Source: Eledone cirrhosa
Taxonomy: Eukaryota
NCBI GenBank assembly: GCA_964016885.1
Contig: OZ024758.1
Location: 37,138,001-37,202,000 of the forward strand
Direction of reading: 5' to 3'
Length of the DNA: 64,000 nt
The notes under the pieces were generated by a model. It saw nothing but the letters and a program-made list of their open reading frames with translations, made no database searches and was not told the DNA's origin. Numbering within the stretch: the first letter of the stretch is position 1; every line of letters starts with the position of its first letter. Positions 34,422-49,000 of this stretch are shown here, piece by piece. Made by a program: the position numbers and the translations under genes.

Positions 34422-37400
34422 TCTATATATTAATTTGAAGAACGTCAGTATTCCGTGTGTCACAATTCTCGATTATCATTGGTTCATAGGTTTCAAACGA
34501 CTCCGCCCACCCCAACGACGCCAAACTGAAATTAATATGCATAATGCCAATGAGGGAGTGAGAGGGGAGAGTGTGAACGCTGTGTTCAATAACTATTAAC
34601 ATGTATGCGTGTGTATGTATGTGCGCGTATGTTTATGTGTGTGTGCGTGCGTGCAGTGTTCCACAGAAAGTAAAAACTATCAACATGTGTGAGTGTGTGC
34701 GTGTGTAAGTTTGTGTGCGTGTGCGCGTTTCCATGCGTGTATTTGTGTGACGTTCCACAATCGCCGCGCAGTTTATCTGTCTGTGTGCCTGTCTGTCATA
34801 CACAGAGTTGTGAAGGGAGTAAATAGGGACCTTTCTTTACATTGACGGACATCTTTTATATTTATTATTGTGTCATTTCTTTTTACAATTGCTCCAAATG
34901 AATACTGATAAGAAAAGCAATTCGACTTTATCAAACAGTGAACTACAGCGGCGACGGAGTGCTGCGATGGTTGAAAAACGAACTGGCTGAGCATCATCAG
35001 CAGGTGGCCAGAATTCAGCAGCAATGGCGTGCTCCGGTGGATGAAGAGGAGCTGGCTGAACAGCGCCAGCGCAATACAGAAGTTCAGGGAATGTGTCGCA
35101 AAGTGCTCCTCATTCCAGTAAAGAGGCGAACGAATGATATTAAAAATGGATCATGGCAACCGTGTCACTGTCAGATTGGTGGACGACCAGGGTCTCCACA
35201 TTGTGGAGCATTGCTTTGGTGGCACGAAAAGACGTGGACCACAATGTGCTGTCACAAAGGAGCAGTTCAACTAGAACCTTTGCGAATGCCGGATGATGGG
35301 GAGTCACCGGAGTTTAAAATACTAAGTATGTGGGGTGATCAATGAGACCGAGGTAGATTACTGCGCAAATATTCGCGGCAAATTAACAATTTATTAGCTT
35401 TAGCATCGCAGAGAGTTAGTGAGATGTTTGAGAGTGGAGCATGGCAACCGAATGTCGTCATTCAATGCCGTTTGTATCATTGTATCGATAATTTAGAAGT
35501 TACCCCAGGAGAGAGGCCTTGATTCGCTCAAATTTACGTTAACAATCCAGATTATAGTGAATCGGAGGAGGATATCAGGATCGGTTGGATGAAGTTGCCG
35601 GGAAATATAACTGAACTTGAACGGCAAAGGTTAAGTGATTTGATCCATGATTTGCAATCATGGCTTAGACAGTGTAATCCTTATGTTATGGATTTCATGT
35701 TGGTGGCTGAACTGCAGAATGTTCAGCAACAAACATTGGTGATTAAGGCTGACGCAGTGCCAAGGAATCAACACGAACGGCGATATAATGCCCCCGAAGG
35801 ATTTCGTGAAGTTGCTGTGTTGATGGACGATAAGCCTGGATCGAGAGATATCGCCCTCAATCGCAGAGATGGTGGTCTCAACACTATTAATGAGTCAAAT
35901 AGGACATACCATCCATTGCATTATGTTCTTTTATTCCCAAAAGGTGAAAATGGATGGAACATGTCTGTTCATTTAGATGATCATGAGAATCAGCATCAAC
36001 AGGGAGGTGGCAATAGACACAATAATTCGATTCGCGACTTTTACGCGTTCCATTTGAACGAGAGGAATCAACAGAGAAATGCGCTATTTCAAGCCAGCAG
36101 ATTGTTCCAGGAATACTGTTGTATGGCATACGCAAAGATCGAAAATCAAAGGCTAAATTATATAGCTACACATCAGCAACATATCAGAGCTGAATTGTAT
36201 AATAATATACAGGATGCGATAACAGCCGATGATGCCAATTACAAGCAAATTGGTCGACGCATCATTTTGCCATCGTCGTTCATCGGCGGCTCGAGATATA
36301 TGAACATTCGCTATCAGGATGCAATGGCTATTGTCAGAAAGTTTGGAAAGCCAGATTTGTTTATAACGGTTACATGCAATCCTGAATGGACTGATATTAA
36401 GGATGCACTTTTGCCAGGACAACAGCCAAAGGACCGTCCTGATATTGTGGCAAGAGTATTCAAAGGATATCTGAAAAAGATAATGGATGATGTGGAAAAA
36501 GAGGGAATCTTTGGAGGTATAGTTGCTTTTACATACGTAATTGAATTCCAAAAAAGAGGATTGCCACATGCACATTTGCTGATCATTTTACATAGAGATT
36601 GCAAATTGTGATGTGCTGAGGATGTCGACAGCATTGTGTGTGCTGAACTGCCGGAGAATGAGGCACTATGCAACTTGGTGGCAAAGTCAATGGTGCACAA
36701 CCAATGCGGAGTGGCAAATCGGAAAGCGCCTTGCATGAAAAATGGCCAATGCAGTAAGCACTTTCCGAAATCTTTTGTCACGAACACTTCCTGGAATGAT
36801 GGGGATGCTCATCCCTCATACAGAAGACGGTCGCCTGCCGATGGCGGTTTGGTCGAAAATGTAAACGGTCGACAGGTTACAAATCAATGGGTTGTGCCAT
36901 ACAATCCATATTTGATTATGAAATATCGTTGTCATATTAATGTGGAAATTTGTAGCTCAGTGAAAGCTTGCAAATATCTATTCAAGTATGTTTACAAAGG
37001 TCATGATGGGGCAATGATGAATGTCAGGAATGAGGAAGCGAACCAAGGAGATGAAGTTGGCAGGTTCCAGGATGTTCGCTCGATTGGATCTAGCGAAGCT
37101 TGCTGGAGATTGTTCGATTTTGATCTCAATGAACGCAAACACAGCGTTCAGAAACTGACGGTTCACTTAGAGAATAGGCAAATGGTCTGTTTTAAGGACA
37201 CTAGAAGAGGTATCGAAAGAATTGCTAACGCACCACCTCCTAAGACGGAATTGACTGAGTGGTTCAAGCATAATAGGGAACATGCTTTGAACCCGGATCA
37301 AAAGCAACTCTACTGCGATTTCCCTTCGCACTATACGTGGGATAAGAAGGGAAAGAAATGGAATGATAGAAAACAAAAGTTGAGATTCATGACTATTGGA

Positions 37401-40263
37401 CGGGTTTGTAATGTCCATCCAGCATCTGGTGATGTGTTTTATCTCCGAATTCTGTTGCATAGTGATTTTTCGAGAGGTAAACAGAGCTTCGCTGATTTGA
37501 AAACAATCAATGGCGTGGAATATAAAAGATACCAGGCTGTGTGTCAGCATCTGGGACTCCTTCAGGATGACGCTGAATGGAATAACGCCATGGAAGCTGC
37601 AGGAACAACACAGATGCCAGCTCGAATATGGCAGTTGTTTGTCACGATTCTAGGATTCTGCAATCCTGCCGATCCAAGAGAGTTATTTGAACGCCATTGG
37701 GGAATTATGGCTGATGATTTTAGGCACCATCTTCAGGTCTATGATGAACATTTGATGAAGGCTATTGTTTTGCTCAATATTGAGCAACTGCTCGAAGTTC
37801 ATTTGAAATGTTTAACAGATTTCAATTTGCCAATTCCTGATGAAGAAATGCGGCAACGTGTCTTAGCATTGAACATGAGATTGCAGCTTAGACGGTTGCC
37901 ACTCGATCGGAGGGAACTATTCCAGTTTGATCCACTGGAACAGCAACGTATTGTGGATGAACGTATGCCAATGTTGACCCAATCTCACAGAGAATTGGTC
38001 GATGGCGCTCTCCACTCGATTTCCACTAATGAGCAACTTTGTGCTTTCATAGATGTTCCAGGAGGCACCGGAAAGACATTCTGTTTCAACACTATGTTAT
38101 CGGCAGTCAGAGCTCAGAGGAAGATTGCTCTCCCTGTGCCCACCAGGGGCATCGCTGCCACTTTGCTGAGTGGTGGAAGGACCTTCCACTCATGCTTCAA
38201 GGCTCCATTGGCTCCAGATGAGTTGAGTGTCTGTAATATTACAGGACAAAGTGAACTCGCGGGCCTTATACGCAATACGTCTCTGATTATTTGGGACGAG
38301 GCTCCAATGGCACACAGATATTTGCTGGAGGCATTGGACAGAACTTTGAGAGATATCTGCGGTAGTGACCTGCCATTCAGTGGTAAGACTATCGTTGTTG
38401 GTGGCGATTTCAGACAGGTGCTACCAATTGTTAGGAATGCTCAAAGAGCGCAAATTGTCGATGCATGTCTGAAAAAGTCCCCGTTTTGGCGCCATTTCAG
38501 AGTTTTGCGATTACACGATAATATGCGACTTCCTATGTTCGGGCAAAACGAAGAGGCTGAGACATACGGCCGATGGTTGATGCAGTTGGGAAACGATGAA
38601 TTGCCACACGTTGGTGATAATCAGACTGTATGAATCCCAGACCATTTGGTCATGCCACTGGACCGCCAAGGCTTGATTGACTGGATGTTCCCTAATTTGA
38701 ATGCTTTTTGGCAGAATATCTCCTGGATATCGGAACGTGTTATTCTAACTCATACGAATACAACGGTCGATGAAATAAATTCACAAGTAGCCGGAATGTT
38801 TCCTGGAGAGGAATGGTTGACCGTCAGTGCGTATGCAATGGAGCCTAATCAGCAGAACAGTATGGATGTTCCGACTGAGTATCTGAATTCACTTCAAATA
38901 CCCGGATTTCCCCCACATATTTTGAGGTTGAAAAAGGGTTTGCCGATTATATTGCTTAGAAATATCAATCATAAAATGGGTCTTTGCAATGGTACCAGAT
39001 TGATTGTTGAGAGATTGATTAACGGAAGAGTTTTAGAAGCTAAACTCCCAGGCAGAGAGGAATCGGTTCTCATTCCGAGGATCATGCTGAGACCAAGTGA
39101 AGATCTGCTGCCATTTATTTGGCAAAGGAGACAGTTTCCCGTCAATTTGGCCTTCTCCATGACTGTCAACAAGGCACAGGGACAGACTTTCAAGCGAGTC
39201 GGTGTCTACTTGAATGATCCAGCATTCAGCCATGGGCAACTCTATGTTGCTGCATCTCGAGTGTGCGATCCTGATGGTATAAAATTTGCAATTGATACCA
39301 CTAACAGAGTAACAAACCTAAATATTGTCTATAATGAAGCTTTGAGCTGATGTATGCATATCTTTAAAGCTATCAATAAGCGACGTATATGATTCGGACA
39401 TTGGTTTCCTTTCATCTGTATTGTGAGCTTTGGCAGAGTTATCATTTATGTCCAATGTCATTTATTGTCGATAATGAGCAATAAAAACCAACAAGTATTG
39501 GTAGAAATTGCCTTCAAATTTATCGCTTCTGATTGCAGTGGTAATAAAACCTCATCATATGCTGAGTCTGGCAAAAAGTTTGGTGCCTATGGCTGGCCAG
39601 GGCTAGAGTAATATTGAAAAACGATTCTATTTTCGAAGTAGAAGGATCCGCCATTTTGAGTTCAAACCAGGCCACCTCCCCGAGTTGAACTCTGGGCAAT
39701 ATTGACTGTCTATTACTCAGTGGCTAAGAGCCTGGAAATTACTGAATAAATTTTTGTGTCATATAATTTGTTGTTTTATTATTATAGCTGACCACTTATA
39801 GATAAGCAGGTTATCCATATCCATATTAATTTGGCATTTGTATAAACCATTTCAAGTAAATAGGGACCTTCTTTACATTGACGGACATCTTTTTTATTAA
39901 TTATCTATATCTATATCTACATATAATATAAAAGATTGGAACTTCCATCATCCTTTTGAGAAACGTGGAACAACCACGTCTATGCAATGATACACGTTTT
40001 CCAGTCAGGCAGAAGAGGAACCATCTCCTAGAGGTCACTATTCTAGGTGGGAGCACCTAGAATTGTTCATATACTATGCACAAACCGCACGACGAAGAAT
40101 CTGGTATATCTGGAAGATTATTTTTACAGTTTTTTTGTATCACACAGACAACACGGACTCGCCTCACACTGTAACCAGACAAACATCCAATACAGACATT
40201 TTCTCTTTTACCTGTCTTCTCTTATCATCTGTTTACCCGGGCGAAGCTAGGTACGTCAGCTAG
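34422..40263 (+). mobile_element. Helitron with autonomous-type structure
   Basis: 5' a|TCtatatattaa; 3' subterminal hairpin tacccgg-gcgaag-ctaggta then cagCTAG|t; RepHel coding region inside. Confidence 0.92.
34938..39350 (+). pseudogene. Helitron RepHel (Zn finger, HUH Y2 Rep, PIF1-type SF1B helicase) in a single frame with 4 in-frame TGA stops
   Basis: HCGALLW..E..CC, PDLFITVTCNPEW, IEFQKRGLPHAH, YLFKYVYKG, PGGTGKT, IWDEAPM, GGDFRQVLP, LCNGTRL, RRQFPV, TVNKAQGQT, FSHGQLYVAASRV. All four ORF pieces share one frame. Confidence 0.95.
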
Positions 40264-40827
40264 TCTATATATTAATTTCAACAATGTCAATATTCCATGT
40301 GTCATAATTCTCGATTATCATTGGTTCATAGGTTTCGAACGACTCCGCCCACCTCAACTACGCCAAACTTAAATTAATATGTATAATGCCAATGAGAGAG
40401 TGAGAGGCGGAGAGAGGCAAAGTGAACGCTGTGTTGGATACACTATGTATATGTGTCAGTGTAGAGACGTGTGTGTGTGTGTGTGATGTGTGTGGAAATA
40501 AGAGGGGAAGGAAAGCAATAACTATTAACACGTGTGCGTGTGTATGTACGTGCGCGTATGTTTATGTATGTGTGCGTGCGTGCAGCGTTCCACAGAAAGT
40601 AAAAACTATCAACATGTGTGAGTGTGTGCGTGTGTGTAAGTGCACGGGTGCGTGTGTAAGTTTGTGTGCGTGTATGTGTGTATACGTGCGGCGTTCCACA
40701 ATCGCCACGCAGTTTATCTGTCTGTGTGCCTGTCTGTCAGTCTAACATACAGAGTTGTGAAGGGAGTAAATAGGGACCTTTTCTTTTATCATCTGTTTAC
40801 CCGGGCGAAGCTGGGTACGTCAGCTCG
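40264..40827 (+). mobile_element. Non-autonomous Helitron derivative directly head-to-tail with the large element
   Basis: Starts tctatatattaattt with homology to 34422-34835. Ends with hairpin tacccgg-gcgaag-ctgggta and cagctcg (mutated CTAG). Confidence 0.88.
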
Positions 40828-41949
40828 GGAAAATAATTTATGCTTTGATTCGTGAAGACGTTCCCTGGCAATGAACGGGAAAAAGAAGATAATACATCGT
40901 TATGTGGAGCGGTGACAACAATTACACGTAAAGACAAAACCACGTTTATGGTGTAAATGGAGTCGTAGACTAATATTCTATTAAGGAAACTGAATGATGC
41001 TCGGCTTCGGAGTCCAGAATAATGTAAATAAATTAGTTGAACGAAAATGACAGATGTTATTAAAATCATAAAAGTAATAATAATTAAATATATACATACA
41101 CACATTTATACATGAGCATATGCGAAAACTCACGGCATGCATGCATATACATATACGTACACATAAACAGGCGCGCACGGACGTAAACCGGCGCAACACA
41201 TATACCCGCACACATACGATTGTATGCACCAAATACACATATAAATATATGTTTGTGTGTGTATATATACATATAATTATAAATACATATATAAATATAC
41301 ACGCATAAATGCGTATAGAACGCACACTCACATACCTACAGGTAAATACACATATGTTCACCAAACGTACATATACCAAAACCCTATGTACACATATACA
41401 CACATACACACTCATTCATACACATATATACACATATACATACATACGTACATATATGTGTGTATATATATATATATATAGAGAGAGAGAGCAGTTGTAA
41501 TGGGTAATATCGCTGCTATTTCTAGCAGTCAGTGAGACTACCTAGAGGTTTTCTTATTGATATATAATTGATATTTTATTGAGTGATACTTTCTGATTTA
41601 CAATAAACTAAAAACGATTGGAACTGTGTCTGAAGGTATTAAATTATATCAGGGACTTTTAACATATGACACCGGGAAGAGAGTTGAAACATGCACAACG
41701 ACACCGAGTACCTGCTGCCTTCATTGCGGTGAATTGGCAGTATCGGTAGAGGGTCGGACGCCATGCTTTCCAGCATAGTTACGTCCCTTTACGATCTGAG
41801 TTCAAATCCTGCCGAGGTTGACTTTGCCTTTCATCCTTACGGGGTCGATAAAATAAAGTACCAGTAATGCACTGGGTAATTGCTGGCCTTGTGCCTAAAG
41901 TAGAAACAATTATAACTTTAATTAATCTAATTATATCTTGTGTAACAAT

Positions 41950-41997
<48 letters not shown>

Positions 41998-42639
41998 TTT
42001 ATTTCCCCGACATCAGTCTTACACTGTCATATCTATTCTTACTTTACAATTGTGTCTACTAAGAGTTCCATTACAATCTGTAGTAGTAAAACTACTATTT
42101 CACCAGAACATCTGCTATCAGTCATTTATAGACAATATATATATTTTAGACCACATATCAACCTAATATATATATATTTCCTATCAAATCTGTAGCTAAA
42201 GACATAAAGTCATCCTCACTACTTCATTCTGACAAGATATCAATTCATGACTAAAGATGAAGAAGATACACCAACGTTAATGTCGTGAAATAAAGCTGAT
42301 AACATCTTTGAAACTTTTAATTTGATAACAAAGAGATTATTTCTTTGGTTGTTTAGTAACAACTAACAACACAACACATTGATTATATGTGAAGGAGGTA
42401 AGTTGACAAAGATTTACTTGAAGTCTATAATAATTGTTTCTACTTTAGGCACAAGACCAGCAATTACCCAGTGCATTACTGGTACTTTATTTGATCGACC
42501 CCCTAAGGATGAAAGACAAAGTCAACCTCGGCGGGATTTGAGCTCAGATCGTAAAGGTATGTAACTATGCTGGAAAGCATGGCGTCTGACCCTCTACCGA
42601 CTTGAAGTCTATAATAATGATAGCCACAATTACTAACTG

Positions 42640-43410
42640 CTATATAGTACATTAGATAATGTAGTCCTAGGTACACTATGTCTGATAGCCATTATACTGT
42701 ACATTATATAATGTAGTCTTAGGTACACTATGTCTGATAGCCACTATACTGTACATTAGACAATGTAGTCCTAGGTACACTATGTCTGATAGCCACTATA
42801 CTGTACATTATATAATGTAGTCCTAGATACACTATGTCTGATAGCCACTATACTGTACATTAGACAATGTAGTCCTAGATACACTATGTCTGATAGCCAC
42901 TATACTGTACATTAGATAATGTAGTCCTAGGTACACTATGTCTAATAGCTACTATACTGTACATTAGATAATGTAATCCTAGATACACTATGTCTGATAG
43001 ACACTATACTGTACATTAGATAATGTAGTCCTAGATACACTATGTCTGATAGCCACTATACTGTACATTAGATAATGTAGTCCGAGGTACACTATGTCTG
43101 ATAGCCACTATACTGTACATTAGATAATGTAGTCCTAGGTACACTATGTCTGATAGACACTATACTGTACATTAGATAATGTAGTCCTAGGTACACTATG
43201 TCTGATAGCCATTAATACTAATTTCTATACTGTACATTAGATAATGTAGTCCTAGTTACACTATGTCTTATAGCCAGTAATACTAATTTCTATACTGTAC
43301 ATTAGATAATGTAATTCTAGATATACTATGTCTTATAGCCACTAATACTAACTACTGTACTGTACATTAGATAATGTAATCCTAGATACACTATGTCTGA
43401 TAGTCACTAG
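42640..43410. repeat. 52-bp minisatellite (tactgtacattagataatgtagtcctaggtacactatgtctgatagccacta), ~14 units
   Basis: Direct reading; the last units carry a ~12-bp insertion. Confidence 0.93.
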
Positions 43411-44264
43411 TATATACGTAGTTCTCAGGGAGATTCATCAAGACGTATGGCATGGCTTCCCTTTGAAATACATGTAGAACCCATCTTATATTATAATGTG
43501 TCTGAGTATTTCATTGACACGTATACCGTTGACATTCTTCTCAGGGAGATTCAGTGTGACAATTCTATGTAACAACATTTCCACTATAATTATTACAACT
43601 TATTATTTTTGCCAGCTGGGTGAAATAAAACAATGAGAAATAAAGTGTCTTGTTCAAGGCCCCGACGTACAGACCACCCGGTATGGGATTCGAACTCACG
43701 AACCATACGTTCATGTATTGCGTGCTATCACCGCCTAAATCCGGTTTCCTCCACACAAAATACACCAGAATATTTTAATCCGGATTAATTCAGGAACAAG
43801 AATTACATTAGTCGCTGAGAGTGATCTCCCTTGGCTGACTTTAAAATCTTTACTTCTTCCATTAGAAATTAATTTGTTTCATGTCCGATTGAAAGACTCT
43901 GGAGTTTTTACCTGTCTTGGGTTTAATTAATGAGGAATTTTGAGGTATTTATAACAATTATTAATTATTTCATTACTGAGATATCATTTGAAGGATTTAC
44001 TGAAGTTTTTAATTATTAATTATTTTATTAGTAACTTAACATGTGGTTCTTGTATAAAATTATGTTGGAAGATTTTAGGAAGAAGATATGTAGCCGGTCT
44101 CAGTAAAATAGACTCCGAGGCTATGTAGCCGGTAAGTGCGTCAAACACCGTGTGTTGCGGCCCTTTATGGTCTGAATTGAGACAATTTAAATTTTTTTCC
44201 ACCATGAATTGTTAAAAAACAAGTTAAAATCTTTTAGTTGTCCATTCGTAACGTACGTTACACT

Positions 44265-44665
44265 TTAGTTACATACACACACATCTACTGTGTTACATAC
44301 ATACATGTACTGTATTACATACACACAGATCTACTGTGTTACATACACACACATCCAGTGTGTTACATACACATACATATACTGTTACATACACACATCT
44401 ACTGTGTTACATACACACACATCTACTGTGTTATATATACACACATCTACTGTGTTATATATACACATCTACTGTGTTACATACACATCTACTGTGTTAC
44501 ATACACACATGTACTGTGTTACATACACACACATCTGCTGAGTTACATACACACACATCTACTGTGTTACATACACACACATCTACTGTGTTACATACAG
44601 ACACATCTACTGTGTTACACACACACACACATCTACTGTGTTACACACACACACATCTACACATA
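44265..44665. repeat. 22-26-bp minisatellite catctactgtgttacata(ca)n
   Basis: Direct reading. Confidence 0.9.
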
Positions 44666-45554
44666 CATATTCATCAATAGACACACAATACAAAATATTT
44701 ATTACATACACACACATCTATGTAATGATTGAGGAAGGAGGGGGCTGGTGAAACGCTATAGCGACGTGTGTGTTGCGTACCTTTAAGGTTTACCGGCTTC
44801 GTAGCCTATTTGAAGATTTTATTATAATTATGAACCTTGTATTTCAATTAATTATGAATAATTATGAGCTATTTATCACAATTGTTAGTTAATTACTAAC
44901 ATAGTAACTTAACATATGGTTGTTATATAGAATTTCGTTGGAAGACTTTAATTTACATAGGAACCATTTCCATAGAAGGAGAACCAATTTTGGCTGGGTT
45001 TCTACCAAAAGAGTTAATGAAGAATTTTGAACAATTTACTAAAATTATTATTTCATTACTAAGATAATGTGTGAATACACAATTATATGTGTGTGTGTAT
45101 ATATATATAAACAGTATATACACAGTATATATATAGTATACAAAAGATGTAGTGGGATAATGTGTAGTCTTAAGACAAGTCTGTCCAGATAGCTGCGCTG
45201 TAGTTTACACTTATTGGGACTGTGTGTTGGCTAGCAGGCCTGTATTTTGGGATCTAGTTGGTCCATTATGAGGGAGGTCTGGTTAGTTGGCAGCTCCATG
45301 CCTTGTGGTATATGTATAGAAATAAGTTATTGTATATGTATAACTGTCCATCTATATGTATACATGTATGTTTAGGTATGTGTTTACATACATATATACA
45401 TTTTCAGACGTATACACGTAAGAGTATATATATCTTTATATATATATACATATATTTATATATATATATTTATATATATATAAATATACATTTGAGTGTA
45501 GATATATATATATCAATCATCTTTTAACATATATATGTATATATAAAATATATA

Positions 45555-45631
45555 CAAGGTCTCTCCAAACATGTATACACACTTCAACTACAGTCTATGT
45601 AAATGTGTATACATATTTTAGGGACACCCTG
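45555..45631. mobile_element. 77-bp Tc1/mariner-type MITE
   Basis: TA flanks; imperfect TIRs caaggtctctccaaacatgtatacaca / tgtgtatacatattttagggacaccctg. Confidence 0.6.
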
Positions 45632-46001
45632 TATATATATCATGTAACGTGACTCCTACTATTATTGGTTGTACAGATCGTCACCGATGAAAATATTTAT
45701 TTCGACCAAGATTGAATATTTAATGGAATTAAGTGGAATTGGGAAATATTGCCCCGGCCCAAATCTGACACAAATGGAGCGCCTCCTCTTCCGCTTTTAG
45801 GTGTAGAAGAATGGCTTGTGAGAGCAGTGCAAGCCATGTACAGTTGACAAAGATTTACTTAATGTCTATATTAATGTGTGTAAATTATAGAATTACGTGA
45901 ACTCTTCAACGATCCAGTAATTAACCGATTCCACTGTTACATGTGATATAAAATATATTATCATGACTGTCTTTATTATTTAAATTACCTCCGTCTATTT
46001 A

Positions 46002-49000
46002 ATGGTATTAGTTGTCAGAAGTAACTCCACTGTTGGTGAGAATTAATTTAAATCATGGTATTAGTTGTCAGAAGTAACTCCAATGTTGGTGAGAATTCAT
46101 TTAAGTTCATGGTACTAGCTGTCAGAAGTAACTCCACTGTTTCTGAGAATTCATTTAAGTTCATGGTACTAGCTGTCAGAAGTAACTCCACTGTTGGTGA
46201 GAATTCATTTAAGTTCATGGTACTAGCTGTCAGAAGTAACTCCACTGTTGGTGAGAATTCATTTAAGTTCATGGTACTAGCTGTCAGAAGTAACTTCAAT
46301 GTTGGTGAGAATTCATTTAAGTTCATGGTATTAGCTGTCAGAAGGAACTCCACTGTTGGTGAGAATTCATTTAAGTTCATGGTATTAGCTGTCAGAAGTA
46401 ACTCCACTGTTGGTGAGAATTCATTTAAGTTCATGGTACTAGTTGTCAGAAGTAACTCCACTGTTGGTGAGAATTCATTTAAGTTCATGGTATTAGTTGT
46501 CAGAAAAGTAACTCCACTGTTGGTGAGAATTCATTTAAGTCATGGTATTAGTTGTCAGAAGTAACTCCAATGTTGGTGAGAATTCATTTAAGTTCATGGT
46601 ACTAGCTGTCAGAAGTAACTCCACTGTTGGTGAGAATTCATTTAAGTTCATGGTATTAGCTGTCAGAAGTAACTCCACTGTTGGTGAGAATTCATTTAAG
46701 TCATGGAATTAGCTGTCAGAAGTAACTCCATTGTTGGTGAGAATTCATTTAAGTCATGGTACTAGCTGTCAGAAGTAACTCCACTGTTGGTGAGAATTCA
46801 TTTAAGTTCATGGTATTAGTTTGTCAGAAGTAACTCCACTGTTGGTGAGAATTCATTTAAGTTCATGGTATTAGTTGTCAGAAGTAACTCCACTGTTGGT
46901 GAGAATTCATTTAAGTCATGGTATTAGCTGTCAGAAGTAACTCCAATGTTGGTGAGAATTCATTTAAGTTCATGGTACTAGCTGTCAGAAGTAACTCCAC
47001 TGTTGGTGAGAATTCATTTAAGTTCATGGTACTAGCTGTCAGAAGTAACTCCAATGTTGGTGAGAATTCATTTAAGTTCATGGTATTAGCTGTCAGAAGG
47101 AACTCCACTGTTGGTGAGAATTCATTCAAGTTCATGGTATTAGCTGTCAGAAGTAACTCCACTGTTGGTGAGAATTCATTTAAGTTCATGGTACTAGTTG
47201 TCAGAAGTAACTCCACTGTTGGTGAGAATTCATTTAAGTTCATGGTATTAGTTGTCAGAAGTAACTCCACTGTTGGTGAGAATTCATTTAAGTTCATGGT
47301 ATTAGTTGTCAGAAGTAACTCCACTGTTGGTGAGAATTCATTTAAGTCATGGTATTAGTTGTCAGAAGTAACTCCAATGTTGGTGAGAATTCATTTAAGT
47401 TCATGGTACTAGCTGTCAGAAGTAACTCCACTGTTGGTGAGAATTCATTTAAGTTCATGGTATTAGCTGTCAGAAGTAACTCCACTGTTGGTGAGAATTC
47501 ATTTAAGTCATGGTATTAGCTGTCAGAAGTAACTCCAATGTTGGTGAGAATTCATTTAAGTCATGGTACTAGCTGTCAGAAGTAATTCCAATGTTGGTGA
47601 GAATTCATTTAAGTTCATGGTATTAGCTGTCAGAAGGAACTCCACTGTTGGTTAGAATTCATTTAAGTTCATGGTATTAGCTGTCAGAAGTAACTCCACT
47701 GTTGGTGAGAATTCATTTAAGTTCATGGTATTAGTTGTCAGAAGTAACTCCACTGTTGGTGAGAATTCATTTAAGTTCATGGTATTAGTTGTCAGAAGTA
47801 ACTCCACTGTTGGTGAGAATTCATTTAAGTCATGGTATTAGTTGTCAGAAGTAACTCCAATGTTGGTGAGAATTCATTTAAGTTCATGGTACTAGCTGTC
47901 AGAAGTAACTCCACTGTTGGTGAGAATTCATTTAAGTTCATGGTATTAGCTGTCAGAAGTAACTCCACTGTTGGTGAGAATTCATTTAAGTTCATGGTAT
48001 GAGCTGTCAGAAGGAACTCTACTGTTGGTGAGAATTCATTTAAGTTCATGGTATTAGCTGTCAGAAGTAACTCCACTGTTGGTGAGAATTCATTTAAGTT
48101 CATGGTACTAGCTGTCAGAAGTAACTCCACTGTTGGTGAGAATTCATTTAAGTCATGGTATTAGCTGTCAGAAGTAACTCCAATGTTGGTGAGAATTCAT
48201 TTAAGTCATGGTACTAGCTGTCAGAAGTAATTCCAATGTTGGTGAGAATTCATTTAAGTTCATGGTATTAGCTGTCAGAAGGAACTCCACTGTTGGTTAG
48301 AATTCATTTAAGTTCATGGTATTAGCTGTCAGAAGTAACTCCACTGTTGGTGAGAATTCATTTAAGTTCATGGTACTAGCTGTCAGAAGTAACTCCACTG
48401 TTGGTGAGAATTCATTTAAATCATGGTATTAGTTGTCAGAAGTAACTCCAATGTTGGTGAGAATTCATTTAAGTTCATGGTACTAGCTGTCAGAAGTAAC
48501 TCCACTGTTTCTGAGAATTCATTTAAGTTCATGGTACTAGCTGTCAGAAGTAACTCCACTGTTGGTGAGAATTCATTTAAGTTCATGGTACTAGCTGTCA
48601 GAAGTAACTCCACTGTTGGTGAGAATTCATTTAAGTTCATGGTACTAGCTGTCAGAAGTAACTCCACTGTTGGTGAGAATTCATTTAAGTTCATGGTATT
48701 AGCTGTCAGAAGTAACTCCACTGTTGGTGAGAATTCATTTAAGTCATGGTATTAGCTGTCAGAAGTAACTCCATTGTTGGTGAGAATTCATTTAAGTCAT
48801 GGTACTAGCTGTCAGAAGTAACTCCACTGTTGGTGAGAATTCATTTAAGTTCATGGTACTAGCTGTCAGAAGTAACTCCACTGTTGGTGAGAATTCATTT
48901 AAGTTCATGGTATTAGTTTGTCAGACGTAACTCCACTGTTGGTGAGAATTCATTTAAGTCATGGTATTAGCTGTCAGAAGTAACTCCAATGTTGGTGAGA

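Noticed and set aside
43880-45065. Two diverged copies of AT-rich segments, possibly a decayed retroelement
   Set aside because: Similarity is visible (43930 vs 45015, 44025 vs 44900) but no protein motif or terminus could be assigned confidently.
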